Positions 9,661 to 20,118 of a stretch of DNA of 64,000 nucleotides are shown here, in pieces (position 1 is the stretch's first letter; each line of letters opens with the position of its first letter). The notes beneath the pieces were generated by a model. That model had not been told where the DNA came from. It ran no database searches and saw nothing but the letters and a program-made list of their open reading frames with translations. Both the position numbers and the translations under genes were made by a program. The DNA comes from Bacillus subtilis subsp. subtilis str. 168. Its GTDB lineage: Bacteria; Bacillota; Bacilli; Bacillales; Bacillaceae. The stretch is from positions 1,674,001 to 1,738,000 of the forward strand of contig NC_000964.3 of the NCBI RefSeq assembly GCF_000009045.1, in the 5' to 3' direction.

Positions 9661-11736
9661 ATGTCTGATTATCTAGTCATCGTGGAATCGCCCGCTAAGG
9701 CGAAAACGATTGAACGTTACTTAGGTAAAAAATATAAAGTAAAAGCATCAATGGGACATGTCCGGGATCTTCCAAAAAGTCAAATGGGAGTTGACATAGA
9801 ACAGAATTTTGAACCGAAATATATTACCATTCGAGGTAAAGGCCCGGTATTAAAAGAGCTGAAAACGGCTGCGAAAAAAGCCAAAAAAGTGTATCTCGCA
9901 GCTGACCCCGACAGAGAAGGGGAAGCGATTGCATGGCATTTGGCACACAGTCTTGATTTAGATCTCAACTCAGACTGCCGTGTGGTGTTTAACGAAATTA
10001 CAAAAGACGCTATTAAGGAATCGTTTAAGCATCCCCGCATGATCAATATGGATTTAGTGGATGCACAGCAAGCGAGACGTATTTTAGACAGGCTTGTCGG
10101 ATATAAAATCAGTCCAATCTTATGGAAAAAAGTCAAAAAAGGGCTTAGCGCAGGACGCGTGCAATCCGTTGCCCTCCGTTTGATTATTGACCGTGAAAAA
10201 GAGATTAACGACTTTAAGCCTGAGGAATATTGGACAATTGACGGTACGTTCTTAAAAGGTCAAGAAACCTTTGAAGCGAGCTTTTTCGGGAAAAACGGCA
10301 AAAAACTTCCTTTAAATAGTGAAGCTGATGTAAAAGAGATTCTTTCTCAGCTCAAAGGGAATCAATATACAGTTGAAAAAGTAACCAAAAAGGAACGCAA
10401 ACGTAATCCTGCTTTGCCTTTTACCACTTCTACCCTGCAGCAGGAAGCGGCTCGCAAGCTCAATTTCAGAGCGAAGAAAACGATGATGATTGCACAGCAA
10501 TTATATGAAGGAATTGATTTAGGAAGAGAAGGAACGGTTGGTCTGATCACGTATATGAGAACGGATTCAACCCGTATTTCAAATACGGCTGTTGATGAAG
10601 CAGCTGCATTTATTGATCAGACATATGGAAAAGAGTTCCTAGGCGGAAAACGGAAGCCTGCGAAAAAGAATGAAAATGCCCAGGATGCCCACGAAGCAAT
10701 TCGGCCGACATCAGTTCTTAGAAAACCAAGTGAATTAAAAGCAGTCCTCGGCAGAGACCAAATGAGACTGTATAAATTAATTTGGGAGCGTTTTGTTGCC
10801 AGCCAAATGGCACCGGCTGTTCTCGATACAATGAGTGTCGACCTGACAAACAACGGTTTGACATTTCGTGCAAATGGAAGTAAAGTCAAGTTTTCCGGGT
10901 TTATGAAGGTGTATGTTGAAGGAAAAGACGATCAAATGGAAGAAAAAGACCGGATGCTGCCTGACTTACAAGAAGGCGACACGGTATTATCAAAAGATAT
11001 AGAACCTGAGCAGCATTTTACCCAGCCGCCTCCGCGATATACTGAGGCCCGGCTTGTTAAAACCCTTGAAGAACGCGGTATCGGCCGTCCATCCACATAT
11101 GCTCCGACACTTGATACTATTCAGCGGCGCGGCTACGTGGCATTGGATAATAAACGTTTCGTTCCGACTGAATTAGGTCAGATCGTTCTTGACTTGATCA
11201 TGGAGTTTTTCCCTGAGATCATTAACGTTGAGTTTACAGCTAAAATGGAGAGAGATCTTGATCATGTTGAAGAAGGAAATACCGAATGGGTCAAGATTAT
11301 CGATAATTTCTACACCGATTTTGAAAAACGCGTCAAAAAAGCCGAATCGGAAATGAAGGAAGTTGAGATTGAACCAGAGTATGCTGGAGAGGATTGTGAA
11401 TTGTGCAGTTCTCCAATGGTATATAAAATGGGACGGTACGGTAAATTCTTAGCTTGCTCCAACTTCCCTGACTGCCGGAACACGAAACCGATTGTGAAAC
11501 AAATCGGTGTGAAGTGCCCGAGCTGCGGAGAAGGAAACATTGTTGAGCGAAAATCGAAAAAGAAACGGGTGTTTTACGGCTGTGACCGTTATCCGGACTG
11601 TGAATTCGTATCATGGGACAAACCAATTGAACGAAAATGCCCGAAATGCGGAAAAATGCTCGTCGAGAAAAAACTCAAAAAAGGTATACAAGTCCAATGC
11701 GTGGAATGCGATTATAAGGAAGAACCACAGAAGTAG
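9661..11736 (+). CDS. topA: DNA topoisomerase I (691 aa) with three C-terminal Cys4 zinc ribbons
   Basis: VIVESPAK Toprim, DPDREGE, SAGRVQ and ITYMRTDS (catalytic Tyr); ATG 9661 after GAGGGGG. Confidence 0.99.
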   Translation: MSDYLVIVESPAKAKTIERYLGKKYKVKASMGHVRDLPKSQMGVDIEQNFEPKYITIRGKGPVLKELKTAAKKAKKVYLAADPDREGEAIAWHLAHSLDLDLNSDCRVVFNEITKDAIKESFKHPRMINMDLVDAQQARRILDRLVGYKISPILWKKVKKGLSAGRVQSVALRLIIDREKEINDFKPEEYWTIDGTFLKGQETFEASFFGKNGKKLPLNSEADVKEILSQLKGNQYTVEKVTKKERKRNPALPFTTSTLQQEAARKLNFRAKKTMMIAQQLYEGIDLGREGTVGLITYMRTDSTRISNTAVDEAAAFIDQTYGKEFLGGKRKPAKKNENAQDAHEAIRPTSVLRKPSELKAVLGRDQMRLYKLIWERFVASQMAPAVLDTMSVDLTNNGLTFRANGSKVKFSGFMKVYVEGKDDQMEEKDRMLPDLQEGDTVLSKDIEPEQHFTQPPPRYTEARLVKTLEERGIGRPSTYAPTLDTIQRRGYVALDNKRFVPTELGQIVLDLIMEFFPEIINVEFTAKMERDLDHVEEGNTEWVKIIDNFYTDFEKRVKKAESEMKEVEIEPEYAGEDCELCSSPMVYKMGRYGKFLACSNFPDCRNTKPIVKQIGVKCPSCGEGNIVERKSKKKRVFYGCDRYPDCEFVSWDKPIERKCPKCGKMLVEKKLKKGIQVQCVECDYKEEPQK

Positions 11737-11737
11737 C

Positions 11738-11766
11738 GGTGAGCAGGGTCTTGCTCACCTTCTTTG
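11738..11766 (+). terminator. Intrinsic terminator after topA
   Basis: GGTGAGCAG-GGTC-TTGCTCACC then TTCTTT. Confidence 0.75.
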
Positions 11767-11811
11767 TGTGTTAAAAGAAGGCCTTGAATAATAAACTAGG
11801 AGATGTGAAAG

Positions 11812-13119
11812 ATGAACCAACAAACAGTGAATGTAATCGGAGCCGGACTCGCAGGAAGTGAAGCAGCATGGCAGCTTGCCAAACGTGGGATTCAAGTCAA
11901 ATTGTATGAAATGCGGCCAGTTAAACAAACGCCTGCGCATCATACAGATAAATTTGCTGAGCTTGTCTGCAGCAACTCTCTTCGCTCTAATACACTTGCT
12001 AACGCTGTCGGTGTATTAAAGGAAGAAATGCGTGCGCTTGATTCAGCCATTATCGCTGCGGCTGACGAATGTTCGGTGCCTGCCGGGGGCGCTCTTGCAG
12101 TAGACCGTCATGAATTTGCCGCAAGTGTGACAAATCGGGTGAAAAATCATCCAAACGTAACCGTTATTAATGAAGAAGTGACTGAAATTCCTGAAGGCCC
12201 TACTATCATCGCAACGGGTCCGTTAACATCTGAATCGCTGTCTGCCCAGCTGAAGGAGCTGACTGGAGAGGACTATTTATATTTTTATGACGCAGCGGCG
12301 CCAATTGTAGAAAAAGACAGCCTTGATATGGATAAAGTGTACCTGAAATCCCGTTATGATAAAGGTGAAGCAGCATATTTGAACTGCCCGATGACAGAAG
12401 AAGAGTTTGACCGTTTTCATGAAGCATTAACATCAGCAGAAACAGTGCCGTTAAAAGAATTTGAAAAAGAGATTTTCTTTGAAGGCTGCATGCCGATTGA
12501 AGTCATGGCAAAACGGGGTAAGAAAACAATGCTTTTCGGTCCGATGAAACCAGTTGGTCTAGAGCATCCTGTTACAGGAAAACGCCCTTATGCCGTCGTT
12601 CAGCTCAGACAGGATGATGCTGCGGGAACACTTTATAATATTGTAGGATTCCAGACACATTTAAAATGGGGAGACCAAAAGGAAGTTCTCAAGTTGATTC
12701 CAGGACTTGAAAATGTAGAAATCGTCAGATATGGCGTGATGCATAGAAACACATTTATTAACTCTCCAAGCCTGTTAAAGCCGACTTATCAATTTAAAAA
12801 CCGCAGTGATCTGTTCTTTGCAGGCCAAATGACGGGAGTAGAAGGATATGTGGAATCAGCTGCCTCAGGACTTGTAGCAGGCATTAATGCGGCGAAGCTT
12901 GTATTGGGAGAAGAGCTTGTGATCTTCCCTCAGGAAACAGCAATTGGCAGTATGGCACATTATATTACAACAACAAACCAGAAGAACTTCCAGCCGATGA
13001 ATGCAAACTTTGGGCTTTTGAAAGAATTGCCAGTTAAAATTAAAAATAAAAAAGAACGAAATGAACAATACGCGAACCGTGCGATTGAAACAATTCAAAC
13101 AATTTCGAAAACAATATAG
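11812..13119 (+). CDS. trmFO: FAD/folate-dependent tRNA m5U54 methyltransferase (Gid)
   Basis: [18 protein letters not shown] and [11 protein letters not shown]. Confidence 0.98.
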   Translation: MNQQTVNVIGAGLAGSEAAWQLAKRGIQVKLYEMRPVKQTPAHHTDKFAELVCSNSLRSNTLANAVGVLKEEMRALDSAIIAAADECSVPAGGALAVDRHEFAASVTNRVKNHPNVTVINEEVTEIPEGPTIIATGPLTSESLSAQLKELTGEDYLYFYDAAAPIVEKDSLDMDKVYLKSRYDKGEAAYLNCPMTEEEFDRFHEALTSAETVPLKEFEKEIFFEGCMPIEVMAKRGKKTMLFGPMKPVGLEHPVTGKRPYAVVQLRQDDAAGTLYNIVGFQTHLKWGDQKEVLKLIPGLENVEIVRYGVMHRNTFINSPSLLKPTYQFKNRSDLFFAGQMTGVEGYVESAASGLVAGINAAKLVLGEELVIFPQETAIGSMAHYITTTNQKNFQPMNANFGLLKELPVKIKNKKERNEQYANRAIETIQTISKTI

Positions 13120-13126
13120 GTATTGA

Positions 13127-13156
13127 TTGCAACCTGAGCGCGATTTGTGATACCAT
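13127..13156 (+). promoter_or_regulatory. SigA promoter of codV-clpQ-clpY-codY
   Basis: TTGCAA(13127-32)-18 bp-TACCAT(13151-56) with extended TG at 13148-49. Confidence 0.65.
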
Positions 13157-13186
13157 TTAAAAGCCCTTCCTGGGGAGGTATTAGGC

Positions 13187-14101
13187 ATGGAGAATGTTAA
13201 GAATTTCGTAAAGTTATTCGTTGAATATTTACAAATTGAAAAAAATTATTCACAATATACTATTGTGAATTATGTGGATTCAATTGAAGAATTCGAGACT
13301 TTCCTGCGCGTTCAAGGTATAAATGGATTTGAAGAAGCTGCATATCAAGATACTAGGATTTTTTTGACAGAAGCCTATGAAAAAGGTTTATCGAGAAGAA
13401 CAATAAGCAAAAAGATATCTGCATTAAGAAGCTTTTATAAGTTTCTGATGCGGGAAAAGCTTATTGAAGAAAATCCGTTTCAGCTTGTTCATCTGCCAAA
13501 ACAGGAGAAACGGATACCGAAGTTTCTATATCAAAAAGAGCTTGAGGAGCTGTTTGAAGTTTCAGATATAAGCCAGCCGGCCGGAATGAGGGATCAAGCG
13601 CTGTTAGAGCTGCTCTATGCCACTGGAATGAGGGTCAGTGAATGCTGTTCCATAACTATTAACGACGTTGATTTATTTATGGACACTGTGCTTGTTCACG
13701 GTAAAGGCAAGAAGCAGCGCTATATCCCCTTTGGGTCTTATGCCCGCGAAGCGTTGAAGGTATACATGAATAGCGGAAGACAGTGCTTGCTGATGAAGGC
13801 AAAAGAACCTCATGATCTATTATTCGTAAATCAAAGAGGCGGACCGCTTACAGCCCGTGGCATCAGACATATTTTAAGCGGGCTTGTTCAAAAAGCGTCA
13901 AGCACTTTACATATCCATCCGCATATGCTTCGACATACGTTCGCCACGCATCTGTTAAATGAAGGAGCGGATTTGAGAAGCGTTCAAGAACTGCTCGGGC
14001 ATTCCAATCTGTCTTCTACACAGATATACACGCACGTTTCGAAGGAAATGTTGAGAAACACATATATGTCTCACCATCCAAGAGCATTTAAGAAAAATTA
14101 A
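13187..14101 (+). CDS. codV: Chromosomal tyrosine recombinase CodV (XerC-type)
   Basis: ATGMRVSE, HPHMLRHTFATHLL, LLGH and TQIYTHV catalytic residues; housekeeping context. Confidence 0.96.
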   Translation: MENVKNFVKLFVEYLQIEKNYSQYTIVNYVDSIEEFETFLRVQGINGFEEAAYQDTRIFLTEAYEKGLSRRTISKKISALRSFYKFLMREKLIEENPFQLVHLPKQEKRIPKFLYQKELEELFEVSDISQPAGMRDQALLELLYATGMRVSECCSITINDVDLFMDTVLVHGKGKKQRYIPFGSYAREALKVYMNSGRQCLLMKAKEPHDLLFVNQRGGPLTARGIRHILSGLVQKASSTLHIHPHMLRHTFATHLLNEGADLRSVQELLGHSNLSSTQIYTHVSKEMLRNTYMSHHPRAFKKN

Positions 14102-14113
14102 AGGAGGCCCTTT

Positions 14114-14659
14114 ATGTCATCTTTTCATGCGACCACAATATTTGCCGTACAGCATAAAGGACGAAGCGCTATGTCCGGAGACGGCCAAGTAACATTTGGT
14201 CAGGCTGTTGTCATGAAACACACGGCACGGAAAGTGAGAAAACTGTTTAACGGCAAAGTTCTTGCTGGTTTTGCGGGATCTGTTGCAGACGCTTTCACTT
14301 TATTCGAAAAGTTTGAAGCTAAGCTTGAAGAATATAACGGCAACTTAAAACGGGCGGCTGTTGAGCTTGCAAAGGAATGGCGCAGTGATAAAGTGCTAAG
14401 AAAGCTCGAAGCCATGCTGATTGTTATGAATCAGGATACTTTGCTTCTCGTATCGGGAACAGGCGAGGTGATCGAACCAGATGACGGCATTCTCGCGATT
14501 GGATCAGGAGGCAATTACGCTTTGGCAGCGGGAAGAGCACTGAAAAAGCATGCCGGGGAAAGCATGTCTGCAAGTGAGATTGCCAGAGCCGCGTTAGAAA
14601 CAGCAGGCGAAATTTGTGTTTACACGAACGATCAAATCATACTGGAAGAGCTTGAATAG
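14114..14659 (+). CDS. clpQ: ClpQ/HslV (CodW) protease subunit
   Basis: TTIFAV...[15 protein letters not shown] and AIGSGGNYA. Confidence 0.98.
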   Translation: MSSFHATTIFAVQHKGRSAMSGDGQVTFGQAVVMKHTARKVRKLFNGKVLAGFAGSVADAFTLFEKFEAKLEEYNGNLKRAAVELAKEWRSDKVLRKLEAMLIVMNQDTLLLVSGTGEVIEPDDGILAIGSGGNYALAAGRALKKHAGESMSASEIARAALETAGEICVYTNDQIILEELE

Positions 14660-14675
14660 AAAGGACTTGAGGCGC

Positions 14676-16079
14676 ATGGAAAAAAAACCGTTAACTCCTA
14701 GACAGATTGTAGATCGGTTAGACCAATATATTGTCGGTCAGCAAAATGCGAAAAAAGCTGTCGCCGTGGCATTAAGAAACCGCTATAGAAGAAGTCTTCT
14801 GGATGAAAAGCTGAAGGACGAGGTCGTTCCGAAAAACATTTTAATGATGGGTCCTACCGGCGTCGGGAAAACTGAAATTGCCAGACGAATCGCTAAGCTT
14901 TCAGGTGCGCCATTTATCAAAATTGAAGCTACTAAATTTACCGAAGTCGGCTATGTAGGCAGAGATGTTGAATCAATGGTCAGAGATCTTGTGGAGACTT
15001 CTGTTCGGCTTATAAAAGAAGAGAAAATGAATGAAGTAAAGGAACAGGCAGAAGAAAATGCAAACAAACGCATTGTTCGTCTGTTAGTTCCTGGGAAGAA
15101 AAAACAATCTGGTGTTAAAAATCCGTTTGAAATGTTTTTTGGAGGCAGCCAGCCGAATGGTGAAGATGAGGCGGAGAGCCAGGAAGAAGCAAACATCGAA
15201 GAAAAAAGAAAACGAATGGCGCATCAGCTGGCTTTAGGAGAGCTCGAAGACTACTATGTAACAGTAGAAGTCGAAGAACAGCAGCCTTCTATGTTTGACA
15301 TGCTGCAGGGCTCGGGTATGGAGCAGATGGGTATGAACATGCAGGATGCGCTGAGCGGATTAATGCCAAAGAAAAAGAAGCGGCGCAAAATGACAGTCAG
15401 AGAAGCCAGAAAAGTCCTGACGAATGAAGAAGCAAGCAAACTCATCGATATGGATGAAGTCGGCCAGGAAGCTGTTCAGAGAGCAGAAGAGAGCGGGATT
15501 ATCTTTATCGATGAGATTGATAAAATCGCAAAGAACGGCGGTGCATCTTCTTCTGCCGATGTTTCAAGAGAAGGTGTTCAGCGGGATATCCTTCCGATTG
15601 TTGAAGGTTCTACCGTTGTCACAAAATATGGTTCTGTAAAAACAGACCATGTATTATTTATTGCAGCAGGAGCGTTTCATATGGCCAAACCGTCTGATTT
15701 GATTCCTGAGCTGCAGGGGCGTTTCCCGATTCGTGTAGAACTGAACAAACTCACGGTAGACGACTTCGTGAGAATTTTGGTTGAGCCGGATAATGCGCTG
15801 CTGAAACAATATCAGGCATTATTGCAGACAGAAGGTATATCTCTTGAATTTTCTGACGAAGCTATTCATAAGATTGCTGAAGTTGCTTATCATGTGAACC
15901 AGGACACAGATAATATCGGTGCGAGACGCCTTCATACAATACTTGAACGCCTATTAGAAGATTTGTCGTTTGAAGCTCCAGATGTAACGATGGAGAAAAT
16001 AACGATTACACCACAGTATGTCGAAGAAAAGCTCGGAACGATAGCCAAAAACAAAGATTTAAGTCAATTTATATTGTGA
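14676..16079 (+). CDS. clpY: ClpY/HslU (CodX) AAA+ ATPase (467 aa)
   Basis: GPTGVGKT Walker A, GYVG pore loop, IFIDEIDK and GARRLHT; ATG 14676. Confidence 0.98.
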   Translation: MEKKPLTPRQIVDRLDQYIVGQQNAKKAVAVALRNRYRRSLLDEKLKDEVVPKNILMMGPTGVGKTEIARRIAKLSGAPFIKIEATKFTEVGYVGRDVESMVRDLVETSVRLIKEEKMNEVKEQAEENANKRIVRLLVPGKKKQSGVKNPFEMFFGGSQPNGEDEAESQEEANIEEKRKRMAHQLALGELEDYYVTVEVEEQQPSMFDMLQGSGMEQMGMNMQDALSGLMPKKKKRRKMTVREARKVLTNEEASKLIDMDEVGQEAVQRAEESGIIFIDEIDKIAKNGGASSSADVSREGVQRDILPIVEGSTVVTKYGSVKTDHVLFIAAGAFHMAKPSDLIPELQGRFPIRVELNKLTVDDFVRILVEPDNALLKQYQALLQTEGISLEFSDEAIHKIAEVAYHVNQDTDNIGARRLHTILERLLEDLSFEAPDVTMEKITITPQYVEEKLGTIAKNKDLSQFIL

Positions 16080-16118
16080 AAAATTTAATATGAGGAATGT
16101 TTAGGAGGATTATTTATC

Positions 16119-16898
16119 ATGGCTTTATTACAAAAAACAAGAATTATTAACTCCATGCTGCAAGCTGCGGCAGGGAAACCGGTAAACTTCAAGGAAATGG
16201 CGGAGACGCTGCGGGATGTAATTGATTCCAATATTTTCGTTGTAAGCCGCAGAGGGAAACTCCTTGGGTATTCAATTAACCAGCAAATTGAAAATGATCG
16301 TATGAAAAAAATGCTTGAGGATCGTCAATTCCCTGAAGAATATACGAAAAATCTGTTTAATGTCCCTGAAACATCTTCTAACTTGGATATTAATAGTGAA
16401 TATACTGCTTTCCCTGTTGAGAACAGAGACCTGTTTCAAGCTGGTTTAACAACAATTGTGCCGATCATCGGAGGCGGGGAAAGATTAGGAACACTTATTC
16501 TTTCGCGTTTACAAGATCAATTCAATGACGATGACTTAATTCTAGCTGAATACGGCGCAACAGTTGTCGGAATGGAAATCCTAAGAGAAAAAGCAGAAGA
16601 AATTGAAGAGGAAGCAAGAAGCAAAGCTGTCGTACAAATGGCTATCAGCTCGCTTTCTTACAGTGAGCTTGAAGCAATTGAGCACATTTTTGAGGAGCTT
16701 GACGGAAATGAAGGTCTTCTTGTTGCAAGTAAAATTGCTGACCGTGTCGGCATTACCCGTTCTGTTATTGTGAACGCACTCAGAAAGCTGGAGAGCGCCG
16801 GTGTTATCGAGTCTAGATCATTAGGAATGAAAGGTACTTATATCAAGGTACTAAACAACAAATTCCTAATTGAATTAGAAAATCTAAAATCTCATTAA
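16119..16898 (+). CDS. codY: Pleiotropic GTP/BCAA-sensing regulator CodY
   Basis: [16 protein letters not shown]-terminus; [29 protein letters not shown]. Confidence 0.99.
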
Positions 16899-16902
16899 TC
16901 AC

Positions 16903-16933
16903 AAAAAGAACCCTTTTTGAGGGTTCTTTTTTT
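16903..16933 (+). terminator. Intrinsic (bidirectional-type) terminator after codY
   Basis: AAAAAGAACCCT-TTTTG-AGGGTTCTTTTT, 12-bp stem plus T run. Confidence 0.92.
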
Positions 16934-17018
16934 ATTTCAAATAAAGGAAATCAATAAGCTTTATTTCCTGGGTTGAAAGTCTTTCTATGTAATAATTTTA
17001 ATAAATTTTGCATTTTTC

Positions 17019-17045
17019 TTCAAAAAGTTTCAAAAATGCCGAAAA
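17019..17045 (+). promoter_or_regulatory. Candidate SigD promoter of the fla/che operon (PD-3-like)
   Basis: TTCA(17019-22)-15 bp-GCCGAAAA(17038-45); an upstream SigD promoter is known for this operon, exact identity not verified. Confidence 0.55.
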
Positions 17046-17178
17046 GAAAGGAGAAAAAACAGAAATTCTGCTATTTTCAGGCTTATATCAAGGCGAGAAA
17101 TGTAGTTCTAACAATCTAGGACTTTATACCTAGTTGCAAAATAGATAATTGTGAGGACATTTTTTTACACGAACTTCA

Positions 17179-17207
17179 TAGACTTTATGCCTGTTATTTC
17201 TTACAAT
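17179..17207 (+). promoter_or_regulatory. Main SigA promoter of the fla/che operon (PA)
   Basis: TAGACT(17179-84)-17 bp-TACAAT(17202-07), ~70 nt before flgB. Confidence 0.85.
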
Positions 17208-17227
17208 AAGCATATAGTTTTACAATT

Positions 17228-17234
17228 CTCGACA
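17228..17234 (-). promoter_or_regulatory. Possible Spo0A box just downstream of PA
   Basis: Reverse strand TGTCGAG, one mismatch to TGNCGAA; fla/che is a known Spo0A-repressed operon. Confidence 0.35.
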
Positions 17235-17277
17235 AGGATATTGAGGGTGAAAAAAACTGAAATGGAGGTAAGTGGAT

Positions 17278-17667
17278 TTGAGCTTATTTTCTGGAACGAT
17301 ACAAAATCTTGAAAATGCCTTGAGCAGAGCGGATATTAAGCAAAAAGTCATAACTAATAATATCGCCAATATAGATACACCGAACTATAAGGCAAAAAAA
17401 GTCTCTTTCCAAAATTTATTAGATCAAGAATCCTCGCGTCTTGAAGCGATAAAAACAGACTATCGTCATGTTGATTTTTCTGATACTGATTCGAATTATT
17501 CAATTGTTGCGAGCGGAGATACATCGTATCAGCAAAACGGAAACAATGTTGATGTTGACAAAGAGATGACAGAATTGGCGCAAAATCAAATCAACTATCA
17601 AGCTTTGGTTGAAAGAATGAACGGTAAATTTAATTCGCTGAAGACCGTATTAACAGGAGGAAAATGA
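17278..17667 (+). CDS. flgB: Flagellar basal-body rod protein FlgB (129 aa)
   Basis: NNIANIDTPNYK and NGNNVDVDKEM; TTG 17278 is 8 nt after GGAGGT (GTG 17272 is too close to the SD). Confidence 0.96.
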   Translation: MSLFSGTIQNLENALSRADIKQKVITNNIANIDTPNYKAKKVSFQNLLDQESSRLEAIKTDYRHVDFSDTDSNYSIVASGDTSYQQNGNNVDVDKEMTELAQNQINYQALVERMNGKFNSLKTVLTGGK

Positions 17668-18119
17668 TGACAGCTTTTCATAGCTTAAATGTTTCAGCAT
17701 CGGCTTTAACAGCTCAGCGAGTCAGAATGGACGTTGTATCATCTAACTTAGCAAATATGGATACGACAAGAGCTAAGCAGGTGAATGGAGAGTGGGTGCC
17801 TTACAGAAGAAAAATGGTTTCCCTTCAGTCAAAAGGTGAATCGTTCTCTTCCATTCTCAATTCTCAAATGAGCGGAAGCGGGAATGCTGGAAACGGTGTG
17901 AAGGTTTCAAAAATTACGGAGGATGATTCGGATTTTAATCTTGTCTATGATCCGACAGACCCTGATGCAAACGCTGAAGGATATGTACAAAAGCCTAATG
18001 TTGATCCATTAAAGGAAATGGTTGATCTTGTCAGCAGCACTAGATCATACGAGGCGAATGTCACGGCGATGAATGCCACAAAGGGAATGCTGATGAAGGC
18101 GTTAGAAATCGGAAAGTAG
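17667..18119 (+). CDS. flgC: Flagellar basal-body rod protein FlgC (150 aa)
   Basis: SSNLANMDTT, YDPTDPDANAEGYV and PNVDPLKEMVDL...SYEANV. Confidence 0.97.
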   Translation: MTAFHSLNVSASALTAQRVRMDVVSSNLANMDTTRAKQVNGEWVPYRRKMVSLQSKGESFSSILNSQMSGSGNAGNGVKVSKITEDDSDFNLVYDPTDPDANAEGYVQKPNVDPLKEMVDLVSSTRSYEANVTAMNATKGMLMKALEIGK

Positions 18120-18129
18120 GTGAATGAAT

Positions 18130-18450
18130 GTGATTAATGCAATTTCTCCTTTTCAGGTTCAAAATACTCAAAACACTCAAAATGCAACAAATCAAGTAAA
18201 CAATAGCCAAAAAACAGATTCTTCAAATCAAACAAGCTTTTCGGAGCTTTTAAAAAACTCTATTAGTTCGTTAAATGAGTCCCAAGTAGCTTCTGACAAC
18301 ATGACTAATGCCTTGGCTGCAGGAAAAGATGTAAATCTTGATGAGGTCATGATCGCTGCTCAAAAAGCTAGCATCTCTCTAACTGCAGCAACAGAGTTCC
18401 GCAATAAAGCTGTGGAAGCTTATCAGGAGATTATGAGAATGCAAATGTAG
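18130..18450 (+). CDS. fliE: Flagellar hook-basal body protein FliE (106 aa)
   Basis: EVMIAAQKA...RNKAVEAYQEIMRMQM; GTG 18130 after AGGTG. Confidence 0.95.
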   Translation: MINAISPFQVQNTQNTQNATNQVNNSQKTDSSNQTSFSELLKNSISSLNESQVASDNMTNALAAGKDVNLDEVMIAAQKASISLTAATEFRNKAVEAYQEIMRMQM

Positions 18451-18495
18451 GGGGTCTGACGATTTAGAGAAAGAGTGGAATGACCGGGGGTTAAC

Positions 18496-20106
18496 ATGAA
18501 TCGTACTCTAATGCAAATGAAAAACAAAACGAGTGAGTTTTGGAAAAATAGATCTAAATTACAAAAGATTTTAATGGTTAGTGCTTTAGCGGCAATTATT
18601 ATTATTGGAATTATTATTAGTGTTTTTGCTTCAAATTCTAAAATGGCGCCGCTGTACAAAGATTTGTCTGCCGAAGAAGCAGGACAAATCAAAGAAGAAT
18701 TGGATGCAAAAAAAGTGCCAAACGAACTTTCGAATGGCGGTACAGTGATTAGTGTTCCGGAGGATCAGGTTGATTCTTTGAAAGTGCAGATGGCTGCAGA
18801 AGGACTTCCTAAAACGGGATCAATTGATTATTCGTTTTTTGGACAGAATGCCGGCTTTGGTTTGACAGACAATGAGTTTGATATGGTGAAAGTGAAAGCT
18901 ACACAGACAGAACTGTCAAACTTGATCAATGAAATGGACGGTATTAAAAATTCAAAAGTAATGATTAATCTCCCGAAAGACGCTGTGTTTGTCGGTGAAG
19001 AGCAATCTGCAGCATCTGCATCAATCGTTTTGCAGATTCAACCGGGTTATACACTTGATCAAAGCCAAATCAACGGATTATATCATCTGGTATCTAAAAG
19101 CGTGCCAAACCTAAAAGAAGATAACATCGTCATCATGGACCAAAATTCTACATACTACGACAAATCAGACAGCGATGCAGGGTCCTACGCGGATAGTTAT
19201 TCTTCTCAGCAAGGAATTAAGTCTCAAGTTGAAAAAGACATTCAAAAACATGTACAGTCACTGCTGGGTACGATGATGGGCCAAGATAAAGTCGTTGTCT
19301 CCGTTACAGCAGACATTGATTTCACAAAAGAAAATCGGACAGAAGACATTGTCGAACCTGTGGATAAAGAAAACATGGAAGGCATTGCAGTCAGCGCTGA
19401 AAAGGTATCTGAAACATATCAGGGCGACGGTGCAGCCAACGGCGGAACTGCCGGAACCGGCGAGGAAGATGTTACAAATTATAAGGCTGACGGTGAAAAT
19501 ACCGAAAGCGGGAACTACGAAAAAAACAGCAACAAAATCAATTACGAGGTTAACCGAATTCATAAAGAAATCGCTGAAAGTCCTTATAAGGTCAGAGATT
19601 TAGGGATTCAAGTAATGGTAGAGCCGCCTGATGCCAAAAACACTGCGTCGCTATCAACTGAAAGACAGGATGATATACAAAAAATCCTTTCAACTGTAGT
19701 CAGAACATCTTTGGATAAAGATGAAACGCAAAATCAGAATTTATCTGATGCTGATATCAATAATAAGATTGTTGTTTCCGTTCAGCCATTCGACGGAAAA
19801 GTCAATTTGGATACAAATACGGAAGAATCCTCAGGTATCCCGCTGTGGGCATATATTGTAGGCGGTGTTTTAATCGCAGCGATCATTGTTCTGATCATTA
19901 TGCTTATCAGAAAGAAACGGGCGCAAGAGGATGAATTTGAGGAATATGAGTATGAGGTTCCTCAAGAACCAATCAATTTGCCTGATATCAACGAAGAGGA
20001 AAATGAAACAGCGGAATCAGTCAGACGAAAACAGCTTGAAAAGATGGCGAAAGACAAGCCGGAAGATTTTGCAAAACTGCTGAGAAGCTGGCTGGCCGAG
20101 GATTAG
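18496..20106 (+). CDS. fliF: Flagellar MS-ring protein FliF
   Basis: Two TM segments, AAEGLP motif, VMINLPK...ASASIVL and C-terminal LLRSWL. Confidence 0.98.
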   Translation: MNRTLMQMKNKTSEFWKNRSKLQKILMVSALAAIIIIGIIISVFASNSKMAPLYKDLSAEEAGQIKEELDAKKVPNELSNGGTVISVPEDQVDSLKVQMAAEGLPKTGSIDYSFFGQNAGFGLTDNEFDMVKVKATQTELSNLINEMDGIKNSKVMINLPKDAVFVGEEQSAASASIVLQIQPGYTLDQSQINGLYHLVSKSVPNLKEDNIVIMDQNSTYYDKSDSDAGSYADSYSSQQGIKSQVEKDIQKHVQSLLGTMMGQDKVVVSVTADIDFTKENRTEDIVEPVDKENMEGIAVSAEKVSETYQGDGAANGGTAGTGEEDVTNYKADGENTESGNYEKNSNKINYEVNRIHKEIAESPYKVRDLGIQVMVEPPDAKNTASLSTERQDDIQKILSTVVRTSLDKDETQNQNLSDADINNKIVVSVQPFDGKVNLDTNTEESSGIPLWAYIVGGVLIAAIIVLIIMLIRKKRAQEDEFEEYEYEVPQEPINLPDINEEENETAESVRRKQLEKMAKDKPEDFAKLLRSWLAED

Positions 20107-20118
20107 GAGGAATTAGAA

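Noticed and set aside
13187-14101. Tyrosine recombinase as a sign of a prophage or island
   Set aside because: It is XerC-type CodV in the conserved trmFO-codV-clpQY-codY context, with no att repeats, tRNA target or phage genes nearby.
18161-18187. Short CAAAA(T/C)ACT tandem repeat in fliE
   Set aside because: It encodes QNTQNTQN in the variable N-terminal linker and is too short to be a mobile or CRISPR repeat.
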